A stretch of DNA of 64,000 nucleotides from Rhynchobatus australiae. Lineage: Eukaryota. Location of the stretch: contig JAUZTB010000078.1 of the NCBI GenBank assembly GCA_034780895.1, forward strand, positions 12,217,962 through 12,281,961, in the 5' to 3' direction. Shown here one piece after another: positions 42,001-57,500 of the stretch. Below the pieces are notes generated by a model, which saw nothing but the letters and a program-made list of their open reading frames with translations, was not told the origin of the DNA and made no database searches. Each line of letters begins with the position of its first letter. Within the stretch, counting starts at the first letter, position 1. Position numbers and translations under genes: made by a program.

Positions 42001-45000
42001 CCTCCTTCAACCAAAAAAGATAAAATATCTCATTGCCACTTGTATACAACCTCCTGCCATATTTACCCATTAACTACAGTCATTACACGATGGAATTCAT
42101 TGAACGAGAAATGCTTAGCTTAGTGAGAGATGCTACTGGATAAATGTAGGTTATTTTCCCTAAATATGCAGCTGAAATGCTGCTTTGGAACATCCCAGAG
42201 CAGAACTGCACTCCAGTATTAGTCCCTCCCAATGTATTCTGAATGCTCTGTCAACAAGCATGTTTGGGCTGTGTGTAGGCACATCTGGAGCCTATTTTTG
42301 TAGTGGTGTCTTTTCCATTGAGTGCAGCCTAATTCTGATAAACTGATGCTGCCTCTCACCTGTCATTGTATTGTTTACTATATTTGGCTTTGATTGCTGC
42401 TAGTCATGCACTATTCAAGACACTGGAGTGAAATTCTGCAGTGGTTAGGGCTGTAACCATTGGCTGGGAGTATTGGCTAACGTGAAGGCTTCTGTGCAAG
42501 TCTCACTTCCTGTAGCTAGGTTGTAGAGGAGCAGAGCGAGGGCTGCATGGTGGCGTTCTTGTAGAATTTTGTTTCTTTAGTCCCACCTACTTGTGTTGGA
42601 AGTTCTTCCCATCACCTCTCCTTCTCTATTAATGTTTATTTGTGCTTGCTCTTCTTGCCACCTTTCCTCAAACGCTCACCTCAAAGGTTAACTCCTTGTG
42701 GGGTTAATGTTCCTTCACTCTTTGCCTCTGCTCTCTCACTGGACGGTGTGAATTGTTATTGGTGAGTGCTGACAGATTGTTTAACTGTGGAGAACATTGA
42801 GAGCTGCTCCTGCCCTTGCACTTCTGATGAGGCTTTCTGAGTAGCCACAGTAATCTGGAACCATCCTTCCCCCTCCCCAAAATGTCCTGTACCATTGTCC
42901 TAAAGCATCTCCATGCAGACCAGGCCAAATATTGAAACTACTACCTTCCTCGCTCAGCCTGTATTCTTTAAGCTATTTTGTTTAATCCCTCTTATGACTC
43001 TGAAATTGAGTCATGATATGAAAATTGGATCTTATATCCAGGGTTGGCTAAACATAGTGCTGTCTCATCCTAGTCACACACTTTGACATTTTACATAAAT
43101 CTAATGCTGCTAGATTTTGGAAAAATCATGTGCATAATTTCTTGCTCTATTTATAGACATGCCTGAATTTGAAATGATGAATATTACTGTGAGATTAGAT
43201 GGAAAATACAATCCATCTGCTTGAACCAGCAAAACAGCATTTGCTTTTCTGAGAGAATATTGATTTTATCACTGATATTTAAATGAAATTTGTATTCTCA
43301 CTGTTCATTGTTGAAGCTACTGTGCATGTACTACTGAAAATTTCTCCAGCTGTGTTGTTTTAGGAAGGCCTGTGTATCACTTGATAGTGTCCAAATGACA
43401 TTCCAGCTGCCTCAACAGCACTGTCATTCATGGCACTGATCCACAAACAACCAGGAAGGTCCCACGATCTATCCTTGCTCAGCATAGAGTTTTGCTGATC
43501 TCAGATGGAGTTGCTGAAAGCTTTGGAACCTTTGGGAGGAGAGAAAGTAACTGGTTTCCATTCCTGATTTGCCACCCTGTAACCCTGCTGGAACACGTAC
43601 ATAAATATGGGGTGACAACCAGCCTCTTTGTCTCACGCAGGTGAGATTATTGACCGGCAATAGAATTGCATCCCAGTGAAATCCAGCAACAGAGGAAGTG
43701 GTTTTAAAAATCTGTTAACATAGCCACCTGGCGTCTGGTGGTGGGTGCACACTCCTTCCTGCTTATTGTTCTGATCTGTGTGCAGACAGTCCAGCTTTCT
43801 ACTCGCAGAATAAATGCAGGCCTTCCTAAAGCACGCAGTGCTATACTACAATGCAGTACTAGTAAACCAAGCAGTTTCCTTGTATTTCATGAAAGGTTCC
43901 TAGATAACACTAGCAAGTTTTAATCCTTTGAGAATGTTTTATTTGGCAGGGCAGCCTGGAGAGAACGTCCTCCTTCCTCTCCTGGGGTTTTGGACATCTT
44001 GAGACATGGTAGGAAATTACATAATGCACTTTTAAATTCAAACAGGTCACGGGTCAATTCTNNNNNNNNNNNNNNNNNNNNNNNNNNNNNNNNNNNNNNN
44101 NNNNNNNNNNNNNNNNNNNNNNNNNNNNNNNNNNNNNNNNNNNNNNNNNNNNNNNNNNNNNNNNNNNNNNNNNNNNNNNNNNNNNNNNNNNNNNNNNNNN
44201 NNNNNNNNNNNNNNNNNNNNNNNNNNNNNNNNNNNNNNNNNNNNNNNNNNNNNNNNNNNNNNNNNNNNNNNNNNNNNNNNNNNNNNNNNNNNNNNNNNNN
44301 NNNNNNNNNNNNNNNNNNNNNNNNNNNNNNNNNNNNNNNNNNNNNNNNNNNNNNNNNNNNNNNNNNNNNNNNNNNNNNNNNNNNNNNNNNNNNNNNNNNN
44401 NNNNNNNNNNNNNNNNNNNNNNNNNNNNNNNNNNNNNNNNNNNNNNNNNNNNNNNNNNNNNNNNNNNNNNNNNNNNNNNNNNNNNNNNNNNNNNNNNNNN
44501 NNNNNNNNNNNNNNNNNNNNNNNNNNNNNNNNNNNNNNNNNNNNNNNNNNNNNNNNNNNNNNNNNNNNNNNNNNNNNNNNNNNNNNNNNNNNNNNNNNNN
44601 NNNNNNNNNNNNNNNNNNNNNNNNNNNNNNNNCATTAAGGGTGATTGAGTCTGGGACCCTTGGTTCACTTAACAACTGAATGTTGTTAGAGGGAGAGAGT
44701 TTGGATGAGAACTGGAAAACAATATGCAATTATTCAAAGCTGGGGAAAACGTAAATACATTTCAACAAACTAAGAAGTTAGTTTGAAAGCTTTTTTTGGA
44801 TACATCTTGATAATTCATGGATTGTGGCATGGATCACAACCCAGCCCAGTCTTTTCTCTGTATAACTCCTTGCATCACACACCACTTGGAAAGAAAATCA
44901 AAAATCAGCAGATACTGGAACACTAGAACAGAAAATGCTGGAAATGGTCAGCATGTCAGACAGCATCTGTGAAAAGAGAGATGGAGTTAATGTTTCAGAT

Positions 45001-48000
45001 CAGAGACCTCATTGGCAACAGGAAAGTGGAAAAATAAGTTAGGAGAGGGATGGATAGGGAGTAGATCTGTGAAGAGATGCTCACATGTTCCCACCACTTT
45101 CCACTCAAAGAAGCCTGGTTGATTTGTATGTCTGTGTATCCCTTTGCTGATTAGAAATTGTTGGGAATGTCTCCTTGCAGCTTATTTCTTATATACCTCA
45201 AAAGGACGAGGGCTCCAGGATATGCTGAAGGGCGTCATGAAACTTGCAGCTCCAACAGGCATCTGGGACGCTGGAGCACCAAGCAGTTTTTGCCTTTAGA
45301 AGGCTGCCGTGTTAGGAGCTGAGAGGCATCATTTTAGTGCACTGTTCACTTTCGGAATCTGGCTTTAGTTGGTTCAAATTGATCCAAGTTATAGAAATAT
45401 GGGAGCTAAATGGAGATGTGTGTTTTAATTTGCTATTGCAGATGTTACTGGATGATACAATCTTTCCCCTCACTTTTTGTTTTAACCACTTTGTGTATTT
45501 TGACTCTGGTTCAGCAGACCACATAAATGGTTAATTGAAGGCAATGTCATTGCCAATCAAACCAACAACAGAAGCTAGAGCACGAATGTGTTGCCTGCTA
45601 GCTCACAGTTTCACTCCTGGCCTTCCTGAAAGTCAGAGGAACAATAAAAAAATAATCAGTCTTGCTGCTGATGTTGCGCCTGCTGTGTGGGACTGCATTA
45701 GGAGCTTTATTGTGCATCTACTCCCTGATGTTCCTGTCATGAGAATGATTAATGGGATACAGCAGAGGGAGCTTTACCTCAGTGATGTCCGGGGTGTGTA
45801 CAACAGGATAGATTTGTGTGCTGCAGGATGATATGAGGATTGCTGCTCTTGACTGTTGTGTCTCCTGCTGGTATGAGTGCAGTGAACTTTAGTGTGATGG
45901 TCTCCATGGTTTAAAGCTTCTGATTTTGGTAAGCTTTCTTGGTAAGATGTTTGGAGTCTGTCATGGACTAACTTGAAAGTTCCAATGGGAGACAGGCTGA
46001 TTTTTAAAATACCTCCTTCTGCAGTGTTTTGGAGTGATCCTATTAATAGAGACCCATACCAGAATGTACTCTTAACTTAGACATGCTTTGCCAGCTCAAT
46101 AATAATCAGCTGCTCTGGAGTTTGTGTATTTTCACTTTATTGAGCATCTGGCTGCTGGTATCTTGCACCTTGGCTCTGATGTTGCTCAGGCAGTTGGTCG
46201 AAGGTGATGATATTAAGGGCAGCAGCCGTCAAAAGCTCACACTTGGACTCTTTTACCATGTATCAGTCTAAACGGAAAGGAAAGTGATGCAGTCAGTCAT
46301 AAGTAGTGTTAAAATTATGCAAATTATCAGAGAAATTGTTTTTTTCCCCCCCCTATTATTTCTTGGACAAGTGCATGCCTGTTAATAGATAAGAGATGGT
46401 ACACCATAGAAATGATTAATAAATCTGTTTTGACTGTATATGTTTAATTGTGGCTATGCAAAGGAGAGCATCTTGGAATGATTGAAATTTTTAGCACCAA
46501 AGGGAGCCACTCAACTCATCCTATCCTTGCCAGCCTAATAAGATCTATTGCTGTTAATCTCACTTCTCAGCTCTCCATCTCTCACATCTCAACTACCTTA
46601 AATCTATTCCCCATTTTATTGACCTCCCTGCTGAGGGAACTAATTGCTTTTTCCTTTTTCACCTTGAATTATCCAAATATTGGCTCCATTTGAAATATAT
46701 AATGGAATCGTTCAATCTTTTTGGTTTGTGGGAGGAAGAAAGTGTTAAAGAGGAGCATGTGCCCATAAACACACCTACTTGAAGTATTCCCCTCCTGAGT
46801 GAGACTAGTCCCAGTTACTGGTATCCAGCTGGATTTCTGACTTGCTTTTCTAACCTAAAATGGACATTTTTATTACTGCAGTGTTAATATGAAGATGGCA
46901 TTAGGCCAGCTTGTGTGTGCGCCATGCATTTCACCTAGTTCCTGCTCCCATCAGAAAATCCAGCTGACCAGGAGACAGTGGATTTACACTGCAGAGTTAT
47001 GGTGAGGTTTACATTTCTCACCAGGGAATAACCTGTTGGCATTTGTTACAAAATAAGTTGAGACACTTTGAGATTGTAAAAGGTGCTATAGAAATGCAAG
47101 GCTTTCTTTCCAGCACTGAATTCTGGAGCAAGCCTTGGCTTGGTGACACATCTCCCATCTGAGTTTGAAGGTTGATGCCCCACTCTGGGCTTTCTTGAAA
47201 AATGAGGATCCAAGTTCTAGTTCTGAATTCTTAGCTGACATCCAGCAGGACACTCTCCCAGTGGTTAAATCTCCCCGGTGGTTGTCTCTCCCACCATCTC
47301 ACATTGATGTCATATGGGTTGGGGGAAACCTTAGAAGGCAAGAGGCCTTGCCTCCTCTACTGGCTGGTATACAAGTGCTATGGAAGACAAGTTTGTGGTT
47401 CATCCACAGCTTCATGCAATGGGTTCCATTTGAAGATGGATAAATGACATTTAGTACAAATTGTTAAGAGGTTGATATGCTAGAATGGGCCATGATTTAA
47501 ACTGTGCAAAACAAACTGGAGATTAGAAACTGCTTTTTGTATCTAACCTGGACAAGATATAATAGCCACACTGTGGGAGAAATCCCCTAATTTTATTGGC
47601 TGGATTTAGTACCACGTACTTTAGATGTAGAGTTGTTCAATAGAAAAGCACACCATCCACCTTCCCACCATCCCTAGCCACAGAACAGCAGAGATGAGAG
47701 GGTGATGTTTATCTCCCAGATCTATTTTAGACTAAAACCTAAAGGGCTGGTGTATATTTCTGCCTCTTGGTACAGACTAGGATTGGACAACAGGAAACTT
47801 AATTTCTTCAGCCATTAAAATACAAAGGTTGAAATTTACAGACCTGCAAATCCTGGTGTGGCCACGTATAATGTTTTAAGNNNNNNNNNNNNNNNNNNNN
47901 NNNNNNNNNNNNNNNNNNNNNNNNNNNNNNNNNNNNNNNNNNNNNNNNNNNNNNNNNNNNNNNNNNNNNNNNNNNNNNNNCGTATAATGTTTTAAGTTGG

Positions 48001-48599
48001 AATACAACTGTTTGAAAATGTTGGGGATGTAATAATCTTCAGTTAAAGAACTGAATTAGATTTATTATCCCAAATCCACAGGTTGTGTAATATGAGGTTA
48101 TGTAGCCCTAGAGGCATTCCAGTTCCTGGTTTGTGAGCTGTTTCCCAGCTACTGGAATTTGACATTGTAGTGAATAGGGAGGGATTGGGGTGCCTAGGAG
48201 ATGTGTGGCATTAGCCTGGTCCAGGTAGATGAGTTCATGTTACTGATTTGAAAGACAGAATATGCTGGAAACTTAAGGCACCATCTGTGAAAAGAGAAAC
48301 TGAGTTAATGTTTCAAAGACACTTCATCAGAACTGGGAAAGTGAGAAAGCAAGTTAGTTATGACTAACAACTATCCCTGTTCTGAAGATAGGTATTCAAC
48401 TTGAAATGTTAATTCTGTATCTTTCCACAGATTGTTACTTCAGATTTGCAATGTTTTGAATTTCACGTCACTGATTACTTTGCAACAGGAAATGGCAGAT
48501 AAAGAGATCACGTAAGGGCTTGGTAGGAATCCTCCCCTGATGACGGCTCTCTAGGTTTCCTGGTGAACATCAGCTGCTTGGGATAGGGGATAGGTTTTG

Positions 48600-51500
48600 T
48601 CAGCAATGAATCCTGCAAGAGGGGGAGACTATGAAGGAGGACAGTTGTGAATTCACCATGCTGTCGATCCAACTCACATCAGAATCTGAAGCATTGCACA
48701 TTTGTCTCACCATCAACTCTTTCCTTGTGCACTCGATACTTCTACCTGTTAAAGAAAANNNNNNNNNNTACATTTTACCTCCATTTATTCGGTATGCTCA
48801 GAAAGGGGCTAATTGGCTGACTGGAACTAAATGGCATTAAAATCATGGTGCAGCAGGTCATTGTGCTACCACCTCGCATCTTATTAGACAGAGGGGCTCT
48901 TTCAGTTAAATAAAAAGTTGTCCTGACAGGTCTGTTAATCTTGGTTAGGTTGGTACACCATACCTTGGCTTGAACAGTGGACCTTCTGGTCCAACATTCA
49001 GTACTACCACTACCTTTGTAGTGTCTTTACAATGTCTTTGAACCATTCGAGGGAATCTGTCCATCATTCTGTGAACTGAATGAGAGGGGAGTTGGTTATA
49101 GCTCCCTTAGGTAGTAGAGACGAGAGGATAGCAACTTAATTTCTGCTGGTTGCCTCACTGGCCAGCAGTGGGTTGAAGCCCAGTAGTGTGTGATTAAGGG
49201 TGCATTGACAGAATTACTGGGCAGTTTCAGCACTGGAAACACCAGTGTTTTGGTGGTTTGGAATGGTCTTTATCCTCTATCAAACTGGAAACATAAATGT
49301 AAATCAAATATTGAGCTTCTCAGGGCCCTACGAACCAGGGAATAGCATTGGAGTATTGGAAATTGAAAGATTCCTAGAAATAGGATCTGGGAACATACAC
49401 AACCTGAAAACTAATTGACATGGACTGTGCATTGTGGATGTTTCAATTTTGTGCTGGCTCCTGCTTCCCTCAAGTAAGGTGAATCATTTTAAAATGATTT
49501 AAAAATAAGGTCATAAAATCAGTGGTGCTCAGACTAACCTCTCTTAATCTTGGCAACAGTATTGTTTCCTTTGCTGGAATAACACAGGTTCTGAATCTGC
49601 TCCTGCATGTCGATCATTGCTAGCCTATGCAGAAACACAAATGGAGAACGTTTAAGGTTACAGACCTGAATGAGGACACTCCATGCCCCCTCCTGTTCAT
49701 TCTTGCCCACCCTGCACTCTGGTAGTTCCAATTCCCTCTGGCCCTTCTCCTAAATGTGCTGATTGTAGCTGACCCTCTCTTGAGTGCATGACCGTGGGTA
49801 GGCCGTTTAATTTCTCTGCCAAGTTCAATCTTCCCTCATTCCAGAAAAGGTCAATGGAGAGCAAGGATCCTGGCAGCTGTTCTCCCTTCTTAACCTTGTT
49901 ACTCTGTACAGATCAGTATCAATGCAGTCAGTGCATTACCATCGGGCAGTTCAATCTCTTTCCATTATGAGGAAAGGAATTAAGAAGAGGCATTGGCTGT
50001 GTGGCCTTTAAAGTCTCCTCTTCCATGCGTCAGGATCATGGCTAAATCAGTAACTCGAGCATTTTCCTACCCATTTCCTACCATTGTGCCCCTCTCTCAT
50101 TCACTGCTTATGAGCCTGTTGCACTGCCACGTACTTAATGTCTTTTAACTCCTGTTCAGGGTCCAGTGACTGCACTTGTCTGCATCTTTGTATTAGCCTT
50201 TCTAGAATCTAGATGGGAGTAAACATTACAGGATGTTACTTTGTGATGTTNNNNNNNNNNCTATCAAACATTCCATCCCACTTTGTGCTGTTTTAGGAGG
50301 TAGGAATTGAGAAGCTTCAATGTGGCTTCACACTCCTGATCACTGTTTTGCGGATCACTGGACAGCAGAGATGAACTTAGGATAAGGACAATGGTGGAGG
50401 CTCTACTGGTTCTTGCAGAGGTACCAACTGATGTGACGAGAAAGTGGGGGAGTTTTTAAGTTTTTTTCCTTATTGAAAGGAAAAAATGGGATTATTAGAG
50501 CAAATAGCTGATGTGCTGGATCCATTAACTGTTTCTGAGGGAATGCCCTGTTCTACTNNNNNNNNNNNNNNNNNNNNNNNNNNNNNNNNNNNNNNNNNNN
50601 NNNNNNNNNNNNNNNNNNNNNNNNNNNNNNNNNNNNNNNNNNGCTGTCCCTTCCAGAGGCTTCAATACCTCTAGGGAAAGTACACTCATCTGATATTCAG
50701 AGCAGTAGTGTTAGACTCCCATCAGTTAAGGTCCTTGGTTTAAATTCTTGCCTGATTGGACATTCAAACTCAATTGGTCCCTCACAAACTACACCCTTCA
50801 CCCATGGAGGATTTGATGATGGGACAAGGTGGAAGATCTGGAGAAAGTGATTCACTATAACAGGATTAGTCATAATTCATTGTGACAAGGAATGGTCAGG
50901 CTGGGATTGAGAACAATAGTCCTTCATAAGATTAGCTCCTGCAAGGGTCAGTGGGGAACTGCCGACATTCTCCTTGGATGTGGGTACAGTGTAGTATAAC
51001 CATATGACCAAAGAATGGTCTGTGATGGAGAAAAATCAAAACCATAATTTGAAGTTCAAAGAATGCATTTTCTCCAAATTCTGTAAATAAACTGGGATTT
51101 GGGTCAGTTATGAGCTCCTTCAGTAATTGCTGAATGAGTAATGAAGAGCAAACTGAGTAATCACAGTGCTGCTGTACCTGATTATATTTCTTTTGGTTCT
51201 GTCTGAGTATTTTGCAATCTGTCAAACTACTTAACAGATCGTCCTCTTGAATAGCTGCAACCAAAAAGGTGAAAAATATTTATTTTCATTTTAATTCCAG
51301 AAGTCTTCAGCATTCTGTGAATCTCTTATTTCTCCATCTCGGTAGGTGGGTGTGGTGTTCCACTTCTGGAGGAAGGACCAGGCCTTTGCTTGGTGCCTCT
51401 TCCCAATGACCAAACAGCCCTGACTGGCGCAGCACAGCTTGGATACACCAGCACTGGCAAAGACATCTCTAGTCTCGCTTCATCCTCAAACGGGATGATT

Positions 51501-54500
51501 TATCCAGCCACGAGTCTGCCATGATTCAGTTGATCACATTCTCGCCTGCGTGCTTTCTTAAAAGTAAGACTTTGTATTGATACCTGCCTTATTTCAAGAT
51601 TCCAGGGCACCATTTTAAAGAGGAATTAGTGGAGTTCTGCCCAGAATACTACCTATCCCTCACTCAACGTCACTGATGACTACTGTTTGTGTAAATCTCT
51701 GGTAATGTATCTAATTAGCTGCTGTGCCTGAAAGAGGTACCATTAGCTGTAAAGTGCTTTGGTAGGTCCTGAACAGGATATGATAGGTGCTACATAAATA
51801 CAGGCCTTTCTTTCACTGGACCCTGGGGTGATAGGACACACTTGGATTGGTTTTCTCCACACTGGTCCTGTACTCAATGCACAGATTAATGGGAGAGTGA
51901 TTCCAAAGGACAGCTGTCAGCTGTGAGCAGCGGGGAACATGGCCACCGAACCCAGTTCAACCCTCACCCATACCTGGGTGAGCAGGGGTCAGTGGCAGAG
52001 AGCAGAATATGTGATTTATTTTATTCCTCTCCAGTTGCAGGGATCTGCAACTGACAGAAATGGTTCATCCTCAACCCACTGAAGATCAGATCAGCCTAGG
52101 CCCTCATCGTCTGGGGGACCCAGTTCTACACTGCTCACCTAACAGTGCATCTGTGTTTCCATCCTTCAGCTGAAGCTCGGGATGTCCTTTAATCATTCTG
52201 TACAAGTTTATGTGATTTACACAAATTAATTGTTCTGTATGATATCAGCAGTTAATGAGATGAAATTGCTCATACAGTAACATGAAGTAGGTGCCAGTGA
52301 CTGATTTAGTTTGCCTAAGACTTGTTGCATCCCTAATATCTATTGGAATTCAAATGGAGTTACTTTGTTCAACTGCTTCATCCTTGTTTTAACCCTGCAC
52401 TGAGTTAAGACTAAGGCTTCCAGCCATGCATTTCCCTCCTGATTCCAAACACTTGCTTGGCATTACCATGGACCATACCCTAGGCTGCATTACCCTGTTG
52501 GCAACATATCCCTGTCGGGAATTAGGAAGCACACACCATTCTGCAATGATCCTGTTGGTACCCAATTCAGGCTTGGCATTTGTTGTTTATCAACCCACTC
52601 CACATCACAGTAAGAGGAGGTAAAGGATACTGACTTAGTTTTCTGTTAATTTGCTCTATTTCCTTCCGCAATGATTCACATTCTTCCCATAGAAATTTTT
52701 TGCTGCAAGAAACATAAAGAACTGAGTTAATGCCTTGATTCTGATAATTCCAGAAAGCAATTTACAGTCAACATGTGGAAAAGATGCTCTCCCCTTGTGT
52801 TTCCCCAGATTATTCAGGTGACATTCTTCAATAACTTTGGTCCAGAAAAATGTTGAGTTGTCATTTTTTCCCATCCTTTCCCTAAATACCACAAGATAAT
52901 TCCTCAGCATGAAGTGCTTGACTGAGCAAGGTTCCAGAGCTCCTCTGACAACCTACCTCCCTTCCTTAAGATGCACAGGCCAAGTTCCAAACGTAAAATC
53001 AGAGCAAGAGAAAGCTCTTTATCTGATTGTACTGCATTCACAAAACATTTTTCAACCATGAACCTTACACTGATTTTTTTTAAATCAAGGTGTTCTATTA
53101 ACATTATTCTTACTTAATGCTCCCCCTTGCAACAGATACTGGTACAATCTTTCAAAAGGTTCCAGTTGACCTGAACATCCATGCCCTGAGTCTTTGTCAT
53201 GGGGCAGACTTCTGATCTGAAATTACCAGCAAGGTCTGAATTAGAATATCCACAGAATCAAACCTGCAGCTCCTGGTGGTTTAATATTTTGGTGATGCTA
53301 CTATCACGTCACCACTATTCTGAGTGATTATATGTGCGAAAGTTTGCAAGATATTGGCCTGGGCTTCACTCCAGCAAATGGTNNNNNNNNNNNNNNNNNN
53401 NNNNNNNNNNNNNNNNNNNNNNNNNNNNNNNNNCCACAGGCACTAGAAGAAGTGGACCAATTACTAATGGTAAGCCTAGTCCATGCATGGCTTGACTGGA
53501 GAGGGGAGGTAATCAATGAACAGCTACATCTCACTTTTGTCCAGTGCCCATAGAGGTGATTGGATTCTTACCCACTAATCTGCCCAAGTGGATTTTGGCA
53601 CACATAGCACAAATATCAGTTAAGTCCCAGTGAGGTCTGTTAAGAAGTGTAAATTACTTTGCCACAGAAGCCTTACTCTATTTCTGCATGGCTCACCTCT
53701 CATGTATTTCTGTAGCAAGTTCTTCAGCCTGGTTGCTGGTATCGGTTGATTGCCCCTGGTTTTCTGCTTGCTGGACTGGTTCTTGTGGTTTGGTCACGTT
53801 TGAGGACAGCTCCTTCTTCCAGTCTTCAATCTTTCTGTCTATCATCAAGTTAATCCTGTCCTCTTCGATATTGCTGCTCATGCTCAGTCTCCTCACCTCC
53901 GCTGTGAAAGATACAAAGGGTTCACCGATGAGATGGCAGGACCATCTCAAGAGGCTGGCCTGCTGGGTCAGTGCCCAAGCTGGGGTACATTATAGCAATG
54001 TAAGCATGGGGTGAATCACCTAATCTCAGCCACACAGGTGTTGGAAGGAGGTTTTCTCTACTGGATGTCTAAGTATTTCTCATTAGGACACAAGAAAACA
54101 GGAACAGGAGTCAGCAACTCAGCCCCTCGAACCTGCCCTGCCATTCAATGTGCTCATGGCTGATCTGCCCCAGGCCTCATCTCCTCGTCTGTCACCATAG
54201 GGTCTGGGAGCTTTGAGGTCAGGAGAAAAATCAATGATTCAGCCCAGAAAATATAACTAAATAAATTTCATCTTGTTCTATGTGTATTCTGGGCCGTTAT
54301 CTCGGATGGTTTGGGTTTGTCTCAATTACAGAGTGTACGTGGGGGAGCTCGACACCAGCTAGGCACTGGGCTTGGGTTTGAGTAGACTTCCTCCTCGGAT
54401 TGGAGAATCTGCTGAGGGTGAGTGGTTGGGGACAATTGTGAGCTCTGNNNNNNNNNNNNNNNGGCAGCAAGAATTAACGCCTTCACTGGGGGAGGGATGG

Positions 54501-57500
54501 GGTGGGTTTCAAAATTAGTTGGAGGTCCATCTTTCAGATGAGCCCCATCTGTTTCCCCAGGATGGACATAAAGGATCCCACAGACTACTCAAATGAGCGA
54601 GGGCTTCTTCCAAGGCTACCTGACAATGTTTTTTCCAGAAACCAACAGTCCAAAACAAATCACTGTTGTTTATTTGACTGATGTACATGGAACTTTCTGT
54701 GCTCATTGCTGCTGTATGCCCTATGGTACAATACCCCTGAGTAATGGACCATTTACTGTGAAGTATTTTCCCGAATGCTAATTATAAATGCAATTTTCTT
54801 TCACCTTTTCCCTTCCACTGCCGCGGGAGTGGCATTTCTCTGACCCGGACTCCCTGAAGCATGAGCTCTACCAGTGAATGTGAGTATATTGACTTACAAC
54901 CCCTTCACAAAACCCAAACGTTCAGAGTTTCATAAGAATAAATGTCCAGCAACTATCCCTACCCTGTCTCAACTACCACCTTGCTGGTCATAAGTCACCG
55001 ACTGAAATACGGCTCATCAAGTCCACACAGACCATCGAGCTCCCATTTGCATGAATCCTACACTAGTTCAATTTTGTTGTTAAATTGTCCCCACATTCCC
55101 ATCAATTCTCCCCACACTCTACCACTCGCCTACATGCTGTGGGCAATTTACAGTATGGATAAACAGGAGCACCCAGGGAAACCCACGTGGTCACAAGGAG
55201 AACGTGCAAACTCCACGCAGACAGCACCCGAGGTCAGGACTGAACCTGGGTCACTGGAGCTGCGAGGCAGCAGCAGCTCTACAGGCTGCGCCAGAAGTAC
55301 TGAGGACAACTGCAACTCCTGACGTGTCAGATCCTAGTTTGTTTGGCTCGCTACCATTCAGCAAGACCCACCACCACTGAGCCACAGGGACCTCATTCAA
55401 CCTCTGTTTAAAAGCCTTTGGGCAGTCTCGAAATTGGCTGAGATTAAGAGGCAATGTACCAAATCACCTTGGGCACCTCAAAGAGACCATTCCCCCCACC
55501 CTCTTGCCCACTCCAGACACTCCCCACCTGACTCGAGCCCTCACTGCCTGGACCACAGACATTTCCGAGAGATCCGTTTCCTTCACGTACCCTCCAGTAG
55601 TCGGATCTGCTGCTGATGGTGGCTTCGTTCCTTTGCTAGGAGGCTCACTGTTTGATTCAAGGATTCAATGGTCTAGGAATAAAGTAAACTGTGAGAACAG
55701 GAGCAGCTCTGTCGTGGCACAGCGCTCCACTTAAAACATCCTACCATTTCTGTCACGGTTACAAGTGGCACACGGACTACGTGAGTGAGCAAATTACACA
55801 ATATAATGGATATGCGGAGGGGGACGGAGGGGGACAACAGATGATTGAACAGCGGTTGGATGACACTGGATAATGGTCTGGAACAGAAGCTGACAGATTG
55901 CAGCAGGTATATTCTCTATTGCTATTGCTATTATTAGCAATGTGAGGAAACCACTTCGTCTGCTGCTGATTAAGTCCCAGAAGATTGTACTCTGGACTTG
56001 GAGCTGGCCTGACGCACAACTCCGTACCATCCAGATGTGATGCGGAAAGGGTCACTCTGCTCTCAACTCAACATTCACAGCCTTGAAGCAAAAATCTGTA
56101 GATGGTGGAAATCTGAAATGTAAACAGCAAAATGCTGGAAACATTCAGCAGGACAGGCAGCCTCCACAGAGAGAGAAACAGCTATCAGTGATCCACTCCC
56201 GCACCCCCCCCCCCCCCCACTGTCTGCAGATCCCAACTGATATGCTGAGCATGCCAAGCAATAGTCAGTTCTGACACAAACTGGAAAGGCTGGTTATCTG
56301 AAATTGTTGAGTCTAATATTGGGTACATAGACAGAGGATGAGGAGGTTCTTCAAGCCCACCTTAGGATTCAATGGATCACTGAGAGGGCAGAGTGGGAGA
56401 TGGATGGAGAATTAAAATGACAGGCAATAACATTCTCACCGTTTCTGCTTTCATTTTTCTCCCCGTTCTCTTTCTTCCTCATTTACACGTCCTTCAGACA
56501 GATCAGTTGTCATATTTCCATCAATACCAATGAGCATCATCCATTTTCTCATGGTCTCCACTCTATCACAGACATTCTCTTTGTTCTCACCAGCCTTTCC
56601 CCTACTCTGCAATTTAATTCATGCCCAGTTTCTACATTTCCCCAGTTATAAAACATGTAGAACAGTACAGGCCCTTCGGCCCACAACTGTGCCAATATTC
56701 TATCCTGCTCTATCTAACCCTTCCCACACACATAGCCCTCCATTTTTCTATCATTCATGTGCCTATTTAAGAGTCTCTAATGTATCCGCCTCCACCACCT
56801 CTGCCAGCAGTGCATTCCACGCACCCACCATCATGTGTAAAAAAAAACCTTAATGACATCCCCTCTTATACCTTCCTCCAATCACCTTAAAATTGCCCCT
56901 CGTGTTAGCCATTTTCACCCTGGGAAAATGTCTCTGACTGTCCACTCGATCTATACCTCTTATCACCTCGTACACCTCTATCAAGTCACCTCTCATCCTC
57001 CTTCACTCCAAAGAGAAAACCCTAGATTGTTCAACCTATACTTATAAGACATGCTCTCCAATCCAGGTGGCATCCTGGTAAATCTCCTCTCTAAAGCTTC
57101 CACATCCTTCCTATAATGAGGTGACCAGAACTGAACACAATACTCCAAGTGTGGTCTAAACAGAGTTTNNNNNGAGTTTTATAGAGCTGCAACATTACCT
57201 CACAGCTCTTGAACTCAATCCCCCAACTAATGAAGGATCATCAGAATAACACTGATTCTCACTCCACCCATGCTGCCTAATCTGCTGAGTATTTCCAGCA
57301 TGTTCTCTTTTAAATTTCATAATACAGTATTTTACTTTGAGAGAAAGAATAACTTGAAGTCACAAAAATAAAGTTCTGCCTGATTCATACTCTGGTTTGG
57401 ACTTCAATGTGGAACTTGATGACCTCGAGCTCATCCATCAGGTGCTTGCTGTCCGGTGGAGATCCCGAGTGTGTGTCGGTGAAGCTCCGCACCTTATTAA

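Noticed and set aside
38378-44729. ORFs of 180-270 aa at 38378-39099 and 43920-44729 (also 57869-58314)
   Set aside because: Made mostly of X from N gaps.
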